A stretch of DNA of 64,000 nt, taken from the NCBI GenBank assembly GCA_041752695.1, contig JBGSVZ010000035.1, forward strand, positions 125,618 to 189,617. Direction: 5' to 3'. This DNA is from Terrimicrobiaceae bacterium. Its GTDB lineage: Bacteria; Verrucomicrobiota; Verrucomicrobiia; Chthoniobacterales; Terrimicrobiaceae. This document shows, piece by piece, positions 31,259 through 41,691 of this stretch. The translations under genes were made by a program, and so were the position numbers. Every line of letters starts with the position of its first letter. Positions within the stretch are counted from its first letter, which is position 1. A model generated the notes under the pieces. That model saw only the letters and a list, made by a program, of their open reading frames with translations. It had not been told where the DNA came from and made no database searches.

Positions 31259-33094
31259 GTGAACACCTCTCTCCGCTGCCAGTCGTTTTCGGCCGCCGCT
31301 TTTGGACTGCTTTCTCTCAGCCCATTTTTTTCGGCGGACGTGTCCGCGCAGTCCTACGCGATCACCTATCTGGGCGCCCTGTCCTCCAGCCACAACAGCG
31401 CCGCGCTGTCGGTCAATTCCCGGGGCGACGCGGCCGGGACTTCTTCGGCGGGTGAGGAATCCCGGGCGTTTCTTTTCACCGCAGACGGCAAAATGACCGA
31501 TCTCGGCGTACTGAAGCGTTATGCCCGCTCCGAGGGGATTTCGGTCAACGACTCCGGCCAGGTGGCAGGGTTTTCCAGCCGCACGGAGAACACCGAAACG
31601 GTTTCCCAGGCGTTTTTGCAGAAAGGACGAAAACTCGACGCTCTCGGGTTTCTTCCCGGCCCGGCGTCCTCGACCGCCAGCGCCGCGAACAACAGTGCCG
31701 TGGTGGTGGGAGAGTCGGGAGGGATTGCCTTCCGGTTCGCAGGCAACCGCATGAACAGCCTCGGTACACTGCCCGGGCAAAGCACCAGCCGGGCCGGAGC
31801 AATCAACAACTCGGGCGTGATCGCAGGCAATTCCGGGGCGCGGCTTTTCCGCTCGTCCGGAGAAACCCTCACGGATCTGGGACAGCCCGCCGGCGCCGTT
31901 TTCCTTGAGGCCAATGGCATCAATGGATCCAATGAGATCGTGGGAGTATATCGGCTCACCGAAGACGGCGAAGACCAGGCGTTTTTTCACGCCACCAGCA
32001 ATTACACCAACCTCGGCAGCCTCGGGGGCGGTGCGGTGGCCCACGATATCAATAATGCCGGACAAATCGTGGGGACTTCGGCGAATCGGGCGTTTCTCTC
32101 CAAGAGCGGCGTGATGACCGATCTCAACACCCTCGTGACCCTCGTCTCGGGTACGACGGAGCCGGGGTTCACGGAACTGACCCGCGCCCTTTCCATCAAC
32201 GACGCAGGGATTATCGTCGGCGATGGCCGGTATCGCAATGCGGCGGGAACGATCCGCTCCCGGGCTTTTCTGCTCACGCCCATTCCCGCGGGCAGCTCGG
32301 TCGCACCCGTGATCACGCCCGAGACCGGCGACTATCAGAGCACGGTCATTGTCAGCATCACCCAGACGGGGACAACCGGCGTGACCCGCTACACGACCAA
32401 TGGGGCCGATCCGACGGAATCATCCCAGATTTATACGGGGCCGTTTATCGTGGACGCGTCCCGGAGCATCAAAGCCCGGACCTTTGTCCCGGAGACCCCT
32501 CCGAGCACTGTCGCGCTGGCCCGCTATACCATCACTCCGGCGCTGACCACCACGGCCCTCCCCGCGATTTCGCCTTCGGCCGGCACCTATCCGTTGACGG
32601 TCACCGTGACTATGACCTGCCCCACCCCAGGCGCGATGATTCGCTACACGATTAATGGCACAGATCCGACCGTGGCCTCGAATCCCTATACGGAACCCTT
32701 TGTGCTCCGATCATCCGCCACGGTGAAAGCGCGGGCCTTCTCCACCGGCCGCGCGCCCAGCCCGCCGGCCTCGGTTCCTTATGTGGTCACGGCCACGAAT
32801 CCCAATTTTGTCGCCACTCCCAAAATCAAACCGGAAGCGGGCGAATTTCTCACCTCGGTGCGGGTGAAGATTTCTTGCGCCACGGCGGGGGCGAAAATTT
32901 TCTACACCGTGGATGGAACGGATCCCACGACCGTTTCCCCGACGTACTCGAAGGCCTTTACCCTCACCGAGACAACCACCGTCAAGGCAAAGGCGTATTC
33001 CGGGCCGCATCCGAGTGAAATTGCCACGTCGACTTTCACCAAAGCCCCCGAGCCCACTCCGACGCCGGAACCCACGCCGACGCCCGAGCCTTAA
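31259..33094 (+). CDS. Secreted protein with HAF-type repeats, three chitobiase/Fn3-associated domains and a PT-rich tail
   Basis: Repeated AxxINxxGxxxG...MTDLG; three IxYTxxGxDPT units; ends PEPTPTPEPTPTPEP. Confidence 0.8.
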   Translation: MNTSLRCQSFSAAAFGLLSLSPFFSADVSAQSYAITYLGALSSSHNSAALSVNSRGDAAGTSSAGEESRAFLFTADGKMTDLGVLKRYARSEGISVNDSGQVAGFSSRTENTETVSQAFLQKGRKLDALGFLPGPASSTASAANNSAVVVGESGGIAFRFAGNRMNSLGTLPGQSTSRAGAINNSGVIAGNSGARLFRSSGETLTDLGQPAGAVFLEANGINGSNEIVGVYRLTEDGEDQAFFHATSNYTNLGSLGGGAVAHDINNAGQIVGTSANRAFLSKSGVMTDLNTLVTLVSGTTEPGFTELTRALSINDAGIIVGDGRYRNAAGTIRSRAFLLTPIPAGSSVAPVITPETGDYQSTVIVSITQTGTTGVTRYTTNGADPTESSQIYTGPFIVDASRSIKARTFVPETPPSTVALARYTITPALTTTALPAISPSAGTYPLTVTVTMTCPTPGAMIRYTINGTDPTVASNPYTEPFVLRSSATVKARAFSTGRAPSPPASVPYVVTATNPNFVATPKIKPEAGEFLTSVRVKISCATAGAKIFYTVDGTDPTTVSPTYSKAFTLTETTTVKAKAYSGPHPSEIATSTFTKAPEPTPTPEPTPTPEP

Positions 33095-33176
33095 TGCGGC
33101 GGCGTATTTGGGCCGCGCCTGACTTCGGAATGTTTTTTACAATCCAGGCGGAGCGGTGTTTTCTCCCGGTTCTTCC

Positions 33177-34355
33177 ATGAGCACGCTCACTTCTCTCTAT
33201 CACGAATATGTCATGCCGACCTATGGGCGGTTTGATCTGGACATCGCCCGGGGAGCCGGCGGGAAGGTCTGGGATTTTGCAGGGCGAGAGTATCTGGATT
33301 TCGGCGCGGGCATTGCGGTGTGTTCGTTGGGTCATGCCCATCCGGAAGTGACGGACGCCGTGACCAAACAGGCCTCCACCCTGGTCCACACCTCGAACCT
33401 CTACCGCACCCAGCCGCAGGCCGAACTGGCAAAACGGCTGGTCGAAATCACCGGGCCGGGGAAGATTTTTTTCTGCAACAGCGGGGCGGAGGCCAACGAG
33501 GGGCTCATCAAAATCACGCGCAAGTTCGGCAGCGAGACCGGACGGTATGAGACGATTACGTTTCAAAATTCCTTCCACGGCCGCACCATGGCGGGCATCT
33601 CGGCCACGGCTCAGGAAAAGGTGAAAAAAGGCTTTTCGCCTTTGCTGGAAGGGTTTGTGCATCTGCCCTACGGCGACCTCGCCGCAGTGCGCGCGGCCGT
33701 GGGTCCAAAAACGGCCGCCATCCTGGTCGAACCGGTCCAGGGCGAGGGCGGCATCCATATTGCCACGGCGGAATTTTTGCGGGGACTGCGGGAGATCTGT
33801 GACGAACACAATCTGCTTTTGCTGTTTGATGAGATTCAATGCGGACTCGGGCGCACCGGGGATTGGTGCGGCTGGAAAAGTGTCGCCCCCGACGTGATGC
33901 CCGATGGGGTGAGTTGGGCGAAGGGCATTGCCAACGGATTCCCCCTGGGCGCCTTCTGGGCCTCCACCTCGCGCGGCTTGTCGGACTTGCTCGGGCCTGG
34001 CACGCACGGAACAACCTACGGCGGTAATCCGGTTTCCTGCGCCGCGGGCTTGAAAGTGCTCGAGATCATCGAACGCGACGGACTGGTGGAATCTGCAACC
34101 AGCCTCGGCACGCGTCTGCGCGATGGACTGCTGGCTTTGCAAAGCCCCAAAATCCGCGAAGTCCGCGCGCTGGGCCTGATGATCGGCATCGAACTCGTGG
34201 ACGGCGTCGCGGCGCTTGATGTGGTGAAAGCGTTGATGGCGGACGGGCTCCTGACCATTCCGGCAGGTGACCGCGTGGTGCGCCTGCTTCCTCCGCTCAA
34301 TGTCAGTCCGGCAGAAATCGACGAAGCGCTGCTCCGTATCGGGCGGGCGCTGTAG
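33177..34355 (+). CDS. argD: Acetylornithine aminotransferase
   Basis: NSGAEANE, FHGRT, EPVQGEGG, DEIQCGLGRTG, AKG; adjacent to argF. Confidence 0.9.
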   Translation: MSTLTSLYHEYVMPTYGRFDLDIARGAGGKVWDFAGREYLDFGAGIAVCSLGHAHPEVTDAVTKQASTLVHTSNLYRTQPQAELAKRLVEITGPGKIFFCNSGAEANEGLIKITRKFGSETGRYETITFQNSFHGRTMAGISATAQEKVKKGFSPLLEGFVHLPYGDLAAVRAAVGPKTAAILVEPVQGEGGIHIATAEFLRGLREICDEHNLLLLFDEIQCGLGRTGDWCGWKSVAPDVMPDGVSWAKGIANGFPLGAFWASTSRGLSDLLGPGTHGTTYGGNPVSCAAGLKVLEIIERDGLVESATSLGTRLRDGLLALQSPKIREVRALGLMIGIELVDGVAALDVVKALMADGLLTIPAGDRVVRLLPPLNVSPAEIDEALLRIGRAL

Positions 34356-34418
34356 GATGGGTCGGGCTGATTGTTCCGCCTATGGACAGGCGGAGTTTTT
34401 TCCCCTATGGAGATTCGG

Positions 34419-35312
34419 GTGAAGCATCTTCTCTCCATCGAATCCCTCAGCCGCGAGGACATCGAACGCATTGTCGCGCTCGCGGGCGAGATGAAAGCCA
34501 CCCGGGGTCGGCACGCCGCCCATCCCCTTCGCCACAAATGCTGGGCGCTCATTTTTTCCAAATCTTCCACTCGTACCCGCGTGTCCTTCGAGGTGGGCAT
34601 CCGGGAACTCGGGGGCGACGTGATGTTTCTGGCGGCCAACGACATTCAGCTTGGGCGCGGTGAGCCGATCAAGGACACCGCCCGGGTGATGGGCCGCATG
34701 CTGCACGGCGCGGTCATCCGCACCTTCGCGCAGAGCGACGTGGAGGATTTTGCCCGCTACAGCGGGATTCCGACGGTGAATGCCCTCACCGACGAGGAAC
34801 ACCCCTGTCAGATTCTCGCCGACCTTTTCACCATTCAGGAGTCCGGCAAATCGCTGGAAAAACTCAAGATCGCCTTCATCGGCGACGGCGATTGCAACAT
34901 GGGAAGGTCTTGGATTTGGGCGGCCGCCCGGATGGGATTTGAACTCCGCATTGCCTCCCCGACGAAATTCCAGCCGCCCGCCGCGCTGGTAAAAGCGGCC
35001 GGGGGAAATGTCACGATATTGGAAGACCCCGTTGAGGCCGCGCGCGGGGCGGACGTGCTCTACACCGACGTTTGGGTGAGCATGGGCCGCGAGGAAGAAG
35101 CCGCTTTCCGCATGGCGCAATTCCAAAGCTACCAGATCAACGAGCAACTTTTGGCGCTGGCTCCCGGTGCCCTCGTGCTCCATTGCCTGCCGGCCTACCG
35201 GGGTAAGGAAATTACCGAGGAAACCTTCGAGGCGCACGCGGACACCATCTTCCGCCAGGCTGAAAACCGCCTGCACGCGCAGAAGGCGATTCTGTCGTTG
35301 CTGGTGGAATAG
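34419..35312 (+). CDS. argF: Ornithine carbamoyltransferase
   Basis: STRTR, HPCQ, DVWVSMG, HCLP. Confidence 0.95.
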   Translation: MKHLLSIESLSREDIERIVALAGEMKATRGRHAAHPLRHKCWALIFSKSSTRTRVSFEVGIRELGGDVMFLAANDIQLGRGEPIKDTARVMGRMLHGAVIRTFAQSDVEDFARYSGIPTVNALTDEEHPCQILADLFTIQESGKSLEKLKIAFIGDGDCNMGRSWIWAAARMGFELRIASPTKFQPPAALVKAAGGNVTILEDPVEAARGADVLYTDVWVSMGREEEAAFRMAQFQSYQINEQLLALAPGALVLHCLPAYRGKEITEETFEAHADTIFRQAENRLHAQKAILSLLVE

Positions 35313-35427
35313 GGCACCCTCAGGGTTCTCGTCGAGGGAGGTTGAGTTTCGGGCAAGGCCGGAGAAATCCTCTTTGCTTCCCGGCGCGGTTCCTTTAGAT
35401 ACGCAAATCCCTCCAATTCCTGCCCCC

Positions 35428-37524
35428 GTGCTCTCAAGTATCCTCCTCTCGTTTGGTATCCCGTTGTCCCTGATCTGCGCCATCGTGGGTCTGGCTGCCG
35501 CCCTCTATCTCATCAGTGTGGTCGTAGCTTCCCCTGCCGGAAATGATCGGATGAGACAGATTGCGGGGGCCATTCAGGAGGGCGCGCAAGCTTATCTGAA
35601 TCGGCAAATCACGACCATCGGGATGATTTCCGCCCTCATTTTTGTGCTCCTTGGGGTGCTGCGGGACATGCCGACCGCGCTCGGATTTCTCTTGGGAGCC
35701 GTCTGCTCGCTGGCTGCGGGATACATCGGCATGCGCATTGCGGTGATGGCTAATGTCCGCACTGCGCAGGGGGCCACGATCAGCCGAAAAAAAGCGCTCC
35801 AGGCAGCTTTCAACGGCGGCGCTGTCACCGGCCTCCTCGTGGTGGCGCTGGCCCTGCTTTCGGTGGGAATTTTCTGGCTCATCATGGACGCCTTCCTTCC
35901 CAAGCAAGCGGTGACCAGCCTGGTCGGCGTTGCGCTGGGAGCCTCGCTCATCTCCGTCTTCGCCCGCCTCGGCGGAGGCATCTACACCAAGGCGGCCGAC
36001 GTCGGGGCCGATCTTGTGGGCAAGGTGGAATCCAATCTCGATGAAGATGACCCTCGCAATCCTGCCACCATCGCGGACAACGTGGGCGACAATGTGGGTG
36101 ACTGTGCCGGCATGGCGGCGGACGTTTTCGAAACCTACGCCGTGGCCCTCATTGGCACCGTGCTGGTGGGCGCACTGACCGCGGGAGCAGGCGCGCCCGT
36201 CATCTATCCCTTCGTCCTCGGCGGCCTTGCCATCCTCACTTCCATCGTCGGCATTCTTTTTGTCAATGTGGTCAACGTCAAACCCGCCAATGCCCTCATG
36301 GGCGGCGTGCTGGTGAGCACGATGCTGTCGGCCCTCGTCTTCTGGCCGGTCACGCAGAGCCTTTTTCCCAACGGCCTCGAAGTGCAGGATGTTCTCAGCG
36401 GAACGACCGCCACCTACACCGCGAATGGGATCTATTTCTCGGCGCTGGTCGGACTGTTCATGACCGGCGCGGCCGTGTTGATCACCAATTATTACACTTC
36501 GACCGCCTATTCACCGGTGCGCAAAATCGCCCAGGCCAGTGTCACCGGTCATGCGACAAACATCATTGCCGGACTCGGCGTCGGACTCAATGCCACCGCC
36601 CTCCCCGTCCTCTGCATAGCCGCGGCGATCTGGCTGAGTCACAGCGCCGCGGGCCTCTATGGGATCGCCGTTGCCGTCATGGCCATGCTGGCGATGTCAG
36701 GAATCATCATCTCGCTCGACGCCTTCGGCCCGATCACCGACAACGCCGGCGGCATCGCGGTGATGAGTGGTTTGCCCAAGGAAGTCCGCGCCGTCACCGA
36801 CGACCTCGACGCGGTGGGGAACACAATGAAAGCGGTCACCAAGGGCTACGCCATCGCCAGTGCCGGGCTCGCGGCGGTCGTGCTTTTCGGCTCGTATTTC
36901 GTGGATCTGAAACACCACCTCGAAACCGTCCGCCACCTAACGGAAAGCCAGATCGCGGTCGAACTCGCCTTCTCGCTGAAGGATCCGAAAATCATCATCG
37001 GTCTTTTTATCGGCGGCCTCCTCCCCTGTCTTTTCTCCGCCTGCAGCATGAACGCCGTGGGGCGCGCCGCGGGTGCCGTGGTCGAGGAGGTTCGCCGTCA
37101 ACTGGCCAAACATCCCGGCATCCTCCGAGGCGAAGCCACACCCGAATACGGTGCCTGCGTCGATATCGTGACGAAGGCCGCCCTCAAGGAAATGATCGTC
37201 CCCGCACTCCTTCCCGTGGTGGCCGTCGTCGCGGTGGCCGCATTACCCGATGGCATGAAAATCCTCGGGGGTGTCCTCGTGGGTAGCATCGTGACCGGTC
37301 TCTTTATGGGCATCTCGATGACCTCAAGCGGCGGTGCCTGGGACAACGCCAAGAAATACATCGAGGAAGGTCATTTCGGGGGCAAGGGATCCGAGGCCCA
37401 CAAAGCCGCCGTGACCGGCGACACCGTCGGCGATCCTTACAAGGACACGAGCGGCCCGGCGATCAATCCCATGATCAAGGTCGTCAACATCGTCGCGATC
37501 CTGATCATTCCGATTTTCTTTTAG
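35428..37524 (+). CDS. hppA: Membrane H+-translocating pyrophosphatase (K+-independent type)
   Basis: [26 protein letters not shown] (Lys determinant), [10 protein letters not shown]. Confidence 0.93.
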   Translation: MLSSILLSFGIPLSLICAIVGLAAALYLISVVVASPAGNDRMRQIAGAIQEGAQAYLNRQITTIGMISALIFVLLGVLRDMPTALGFLLGAVCSLAAGYIGMRIAVMANVRTAQGATISRKKALQAAFNGGAVTGLLVVALALLSVGIFWLIMDAFLPKQAVTSLVGVALGASLISVFARLGGGIYTKAADVGADLVGKVESNLDEDDPRNPATIADNVGDNVGDCAGMAADVFETYAVALIGTVLVGALTAGAGAPVIYPFVLGGLAILTSIVGILFVNVVNVKPANALMGGVLVSTMLSALVFWPVTQSLFPNGLEVQDVLSGTTATYTANGIYFSALVGLFMTGAAVLITNYYTSTAYSPVRKIAQASVTGHATNIIAGLGVGLNATALPVLCIAAAIWLSHSAAGLYGIAVAVMAMLAMSGIIISLDAFGPITDNAGGIAVMSGLPKEVRAVTDDLDAVGNTMKAVTKGYAIASAGLAAVVLFGSYFVDLKHHLETVRHLTESQIAVELAFSLKDPKIIIGLFIGGLLPCLFSACSMNAVGRAAGAVVEEVRRQLAKHPGILRGEATPEYGACVDIVTKAALKEMIVPALLPVVAVVAVAALPDGMKILGGVLVGSIVTGLFMGISMTSSGGAWDNAKKYIEEGHFGGKGSEAHKAAVTGDTVGDPYKDTSGPAINPMIKVVNIVAILIIPIFF

Positions 37525-37595
37525 ATTTTAATCCCTGGCGGATGCCAGGCCCTCGGCACCCGGAAAGGTCAGGGCGCTCATCGCCGGCAAACGGA

Positions 37596-39554
37596 TTAGG
37601 CCAACCGCTCCGCCGCGTCCGCCTTGAGGAACTGCCAGAGCCGGTCCAGGCTCGCGGCCACCTTAGGTTTGATCGCGGCGAGCTCTTCCGGGGTGAAGGC
37701 TTTGGCACCGGCTTTTTCGGCGGCGAACATATAATATTTGATTTTCGGTTCGGTGCCGGAGGGGCGAACCGCAATGCGTCGGTGGTCGGCCAGGGTGATC
37801 ATCAACATTGCTTCCGCAGGGATTTTGTCACCCTCGCTGTCGTGGATGGTTTCGGTGGCAAAATTGACCGTGGAAACCACCCTGGCGCCGTCAATTTCCA
37901 CCGGCGGGCGGGAGGCGTAAGAATCCACCAGGGTCTTGATCTGCGCCGCCCCCTCCGCCCCATCCATGGTGAGGGATTCGCCGCGTTCGAGGTAATAGCC
38001 GTATTCGGCATAAATGCGGTCGAGCAGTTCGGGAAGCGTCAGGCCTTCGGATTTGGCGTAGGCCGCCACCTCGGCGATCATCACCGCGGCACTGTTGCCA
38101 TCTTTGTCGCGAACAAAATCCGAGCCGCTGTAGCCGTAACTTTCTTCACCGCCAAAGACGTAGAGCGAAGAGTGGTCGAGCCGCAGGGTGCGGGTGGTGG
38201 CCTCGGAGAGCTCCCGGTAGTTTTTCCGGAGCTGAGCGGGAATGGCCTCCTCGTATTTGCGCAGTTTTTCCCCGATGTACTTAAACCCGGTGAGGGTTTC
38301 CACGCAGCGCAGACCCGCTTTTTCCGCGATGGCCTTTTGCAGGTCGGTGGTGACAAAGGTCTTGATGATGACTCCTCGCCCCGCCGTGGACGGCGTGAGG
38401 ATGCCCTTTTCAAAATGTTTCATCGTGCGATACCACGCCATGAGCGAACCAATCTGGTTGCCGGTGAGAAGGGTCATTTTTCCCGAGGCGTCCCGCGCAG
38501 CAATGCCCATGCGGTCGTCGTCGGGGTCCGTCGCGATCACCAGGTCAGCGTGGGTTTCGTCCGCCAATTTGACCGCCATGGAAAGGGCCTCGGCGTTTTC
38601 GGGATTGGGAGATTTGACCGTGGGAAAACGGCCGTCCGGGATGTCCTGCTCGGGAACGGTCTGACACTGGAAACCCAGGCGCGCCAGCATGGGTTTGATG
38701 ATCACCCCGCCGACACCATGGAGCGGAGTGAAGACAATCTTGAGCGAGTTTTCGCGGCGGATCAGCTCGGGGTCGAGCGGCAGCGACTCGAGGCGTTTCA
38801 TGTAGGCTTCGTCAATGTCCGCGCCCATGGGAATCACCCGGCCGAGTTCCGCGGCGGGCACGGGTTCGAAGGTGTCGCTCTCGATGGCATTCACCTTGTC
38901 GATGATGGCCGTGGCGTGGGGCTCGACGACCTGGGCACCGTCCTCGAAATAGACTTTGTAGCCGTTGTATTGCGGCGGGTTGTGGCTGGCGGTGATGTTG
39001 ATGCCGGCCTGGGAATTGGTGTAACGGACGGCGAAGGACAACTCCGGCGTGGAGCGGGGGCCTTCGAAGAGGTAGGCGTCACAGCCGTATTCCGTGATCA
39101 CCCGGGCGGCGAGTTCGGCGAATTCCCGCGAATAAAACCGGGTGTCGTGGCAGATACAAATCGAGGGTTTGCCAGGCTGTCCGGTGGCGGCAAAATATTC
39201 CTTAACATACTGGGTGAGGCCCTGGGTGGCGCGGCTGATATTGTAATAATTCATCGCATTCGTGCCCGCGCAGGGGAACTCCGGCTTGCCGAGCGGTTGG
39301 GGAGAGCCTTGTTCCACCGAGGTGACGGTCGCCCCGATGGTTTTGCCCCGGAGGCCCCCCGTGCCAAAGGCGATGAGGCGGAAAAAACGGTTATCCAATT
39401 CCGTCCAGTTTTCCGTTTCGACCAATTCGCGAATCGAAGCCGCGTCTACGGCGGAGGTCGATTTTTCCAACATCGCGAGGATGTTTTTGGCGGAGGATTC
39501 GAGGAGTTTCCCGCCGGAAGCGGCGGCATGGATGGTTACGGCGAGGTCGCTCAT
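37596..39554 (-). CDS. Phosphoglucomutase/phosphomannomutase family protein
   Basis: FGTGGLRG, TASHNP, DPDDDR, GEESYG, RPSGTEPK. Confidence 0.93.
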   Translation of the reverse strand: MSDLAVTIHAAASGGKLLESSAKNILAMLEKSTSAVDAASIRELVETENWTELDNRFFRLIAFGTGGLRGKTIGATVTSVEQGSPQPLGKPEFPCAGTNAMNYYNISRATQGLTQYVKEYFAATGQPGKPSICICHDTRFYSREFAELAARVITEYGCDAYLFEGPRSTPELSFAVRYTNSQAGINITASHNPPQYNGYKVYFEDGAQVVEPHATAIIDKVNAIESDTFEPVPAAELGRVIPMGADIDEAYMKRLESLPLDPELIRRENSLKIVFTPLHGVGGVIIKPMLARLGFQCQTVPEQDIPDGRFPTVKSPNPENAEALSMAVKLADETHADLVIATDPDDDRMGIAARDASGKMTLLTGNQIGSLMAWYRTMKHFEKGILTPSTAGRGVIIKTFVTTDLQKAIAEKAGLRCVETLTGFKYIGEKLRKYEEAIPAQLRKNYRELSEATTRTLRLDHSSLYVFGGEESYGYSGSDFVRDKDGNSAAVMIAEVAAYAKSEGLTLPELLDRIYAEYGYYLERGESLTMDGAEGAAQIKTLVDSYASRPPVEIDGARVVSTVNFATETIHDSEGDKIPAEAMLMITLADHRRIAVRPSGTEPKIKYYMFAAEKAGAKAFTPEELAAIKPKVAASLDRLWQFLKADAAERLA

Positions 39555-39710
39555 CGGGTGTGCCTTCCGGCTTACCACCCGCCCGCCGCAACGCAAAGCC
39601 CAATTCTCGCCTCGTGGGATTGCCAGGGCCGCGGGAAAACCCTATAAGACTCTCCGCCTTTCCCCCATTTGACAAACCCGCCGTCCTGCTTACCCTCTGC
39701 CCCACAGAAA

Positions 39711-40904
39711 ATGTCTCAGCAATCGCAAAATTCGGGTGCGAATTTCGTCTCACACGCACCCGGTCACTGGCCGGATGTTTCCCCGGAAACCTGGAACGAC
39801 TGGAAGTGGCAGCTTAAGAACCGCGTCACGACCCTCGCCCAGCTGGAACGCCTGATCACGCTTTCGGCCGAGGAACGAGCGGGCGTCCTCCTGGCCGGCA
39901 GCAAGCTCGCCCTCGCCGTCACGCCGCATTTTTTTAATCTCATCGAACCCGAAAATCCGGACTGCCCAATCCGCCGTCAGGTCATTCCCCGCATCGAGGA
40001 AGGGTATAACGCGCCGTGGGACATGGCCGATCCCTGCGGGGAAGACAGCCATATGCCGGTGCCGGGTTTGGTCCATCGCTACCCGGACCGCGTGCTGTTT
40101 TTGGTCACCGACCGCTGCGCGTCCTACTGCCGCTACTGCACCCGGGCCCGGGTGGTCAGCGGCGTGGGCGAACAGGAACTGCACACGGATTTTGACGAGG
40201 CTTTTGCCTATCTGGAAAAACACACGGAAATCCGCGATGTGCTTTTCTCCGGCGGCGACGCCCTGCTTTTTTCGGACAACAAGCTGGAATATTTCCTCAG
40301 CCGGGTGCGCGCCATCCCGCACATCCAGTTCGTGCGCATCGGCACCCGCGTGCCTATTTTTCTGCCGCAACGCATCACGCCGGAGCTCTGCCGGATGCTG
40401 CAGAAATATCATCCGCTCTGGATGAGTGTGCATGTGAACCACCCGCGTGAACTCACCACCGAAGTCCGCGAGGCGCTTGGCCGGCTGGCTGACCACGGCA
40501 TTCCGCTCGGCAACCAGAGTGTGCTGCTGTCCGGCGTGAACGACGACGTCGAGACGATGCGCACCCTTGTCCACAAGCTGCTCATGTGCCGCGTGCGGCC
40601 GTATTACCTTTACCAGTGCGATCTCATCAAGGGATCGTCCCATTTGCGCGCCAGCGTGGCCAAAGGCATCGAGATCATCGAAGGCCTGCGCGGACACACC
40701 ACGGGCTACGCCATTCCGCAATACGTCATTGACGCCCCCGGCGGCGGCGGCAAGGTCCCGGTCAATCCCGCCTACGTCCTCTACCACGACCAGGAAAAAG
40801 TCGTCATCCGCAATTACGAGGGAAAAATTTTCGAATACCCCGAAGCCGCCCTGCCAGCCATGCCCGTGACCAATCACCACGAGGCGGAACTGTGCCCGGG
40901 TTAG
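39711..40904 (+). CDS. kamA: KamA family radical SAM protein (lysine 2,3-aminomutase-like)
   Basis: HRYPDR, CASYCRYC, APGGGGK. Confidence 0.88.
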   Translation: MSQQSQNSGANFVSHAPGHWPDVSPETWNDWKWQLKNRVTTLAQLERLITLSAEERAGVLLAGSKLALAVTPHFFNLIEPENPDCPIRRQVIPRIEEGYNAPWDMADPCGEDSHMPVPGLVHRYPDRVLFLVTDRCASYCRYCTRARVVSGVGEQELHTDFDEAFAYLEKHTEIRDVLFSGGDALLFSDNKLEYFLSRVRAIPHIQFVRIGTRVPIFLPQRITPELCRMLQKYHPLWMSVHVNHPRELTTEVREALGRLADHGIPLGNQSVLLSGVNDDVETMRTLVHKLLMCRVRPYYLYQCDLIKGSSHLRASVAKGIEIIEGLRGHTTGYAIPQYVIDAPGGGGKVPVNPAYVLYHDQEKVVIRNYEGKIFEYPEAALPAMPVTNHHEAELCPG

Positions 40905-40914
40905 GACCGCGGCC

Positions 40915-40974
40915 CGTAGCGGCGCCCGTGAGGGCGTCGGCTTCTCGACCCATTCCCTCACGGGCACCGCTACG
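40915..40974. repeat. REP doublet (REPIN) upstream of RAYT
   Basis: CGTAGCGGCGCCCGTGAGGG ... CCCTCACGGGCACCGCTACG. Confidence 0.88.
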
Positions 40975-41028
40975 AAGGCTACCCTGAAGGGCTTGCCCAT
41001 CTTGCAGGCAAGGAGTAGACCCGCGCTC

Positions 41029-41568
41029 ATGCCTTCCGATCAACAGCGACTCCCACGCTTGCGAGACGAATTTTACCGCGGACTCGCCGCCGTGCATTGG
41101 ACATTCGGAATCGAAGATCGGGCAACGGGATGGCTGAGCGAGACTTTCCACAGCCGCTTTCGTGAGATTCTCACCCATGCCTGCGCAAGATACGACTGCG
41201 CATGCCCCGTCTATTGCCTGATGCCTGACCACATGCATGTGCTTCTCATCGGAACACAGAACGACACCGACGCTCGCCTCGCGACGATTTTCCTGCGGAA
41301 GCATCTGACGCCATCCCTGGTCCCCGCTCGTTTCCAAAAGCAGGCCTACGATCACGTCCTTCGCGAGGAGGAACGCAAGCGCGATGCCTTCGCCCGAACA
41401 TGCCACTATATCCTCGAAAATCCCGTGCGGGCCGGCCTTTGCCCAAGCTCCGCAGAGTATCGATTCAGCGGAGCAATGATTGCTGGCTACCCAGATCTAC
41501 GGGTTCACGAGGAAAACTTTTGGGAATTATTTTGGCGCATCCTCGATGGAACGAGGAGAGCCCCGTAG
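41029..41568 (+). CDS. REP-associated tyrosine transposase (RAYT, HUH/Y1)
   Basis: YCLMPDHMH, QKQAYDHVLR, YILENPVRAGL; flanked by GTAG REPs. Confidence 0.9.
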   Translation: MPSDQQRLPRLRDEFYRGLAAVHWTFGIEDRATGWLSETFHSRFREILTHACARYDCACPVYCLMPDHMHVLLIGTQNDTDARLATIFLRKHLTPSLVPARFQKQAYDHVLREEERKRDAFARTCHYILENPVRAGLCPSSAEYRFSGAMIAGYPDLRVHEENFWELFWRILDGTRRAP

Positions 41569-41637
41569 CGGCGCCCGTGAGGGCGTCGGCTCCGCTCCAC
41601 AGCTCCAAAAACCGACGCGCTCACGCGCGCCGCTACG
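41564..41637. repeat. REP doublet downstream of RAYT
   Basis: CGTAGCGGCGCCCGTGAGGGCGTCGG ... CCGACGCGCTCACGCGCGCCGCTACG. Confidence 0.88.
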
Positions 41638-41691
41638 AATCCCGGAAGCCGTATTTGCGCCCCACCCAATTCCCCGCCATATTGAGCGCTT

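Noticed and set aside
33040..33094. PEP-CTERM sorting signal or DNA tandem repeat
   Set aside because: It is a Pro/Thr/Glu coding linker; the stop follows PEP with no TM helix or basic tail
41029..41568. IS200/IS605 element with TnpB
   Set aside because: No tnpB; RAYT-type motifs and flanking REP doublets instead
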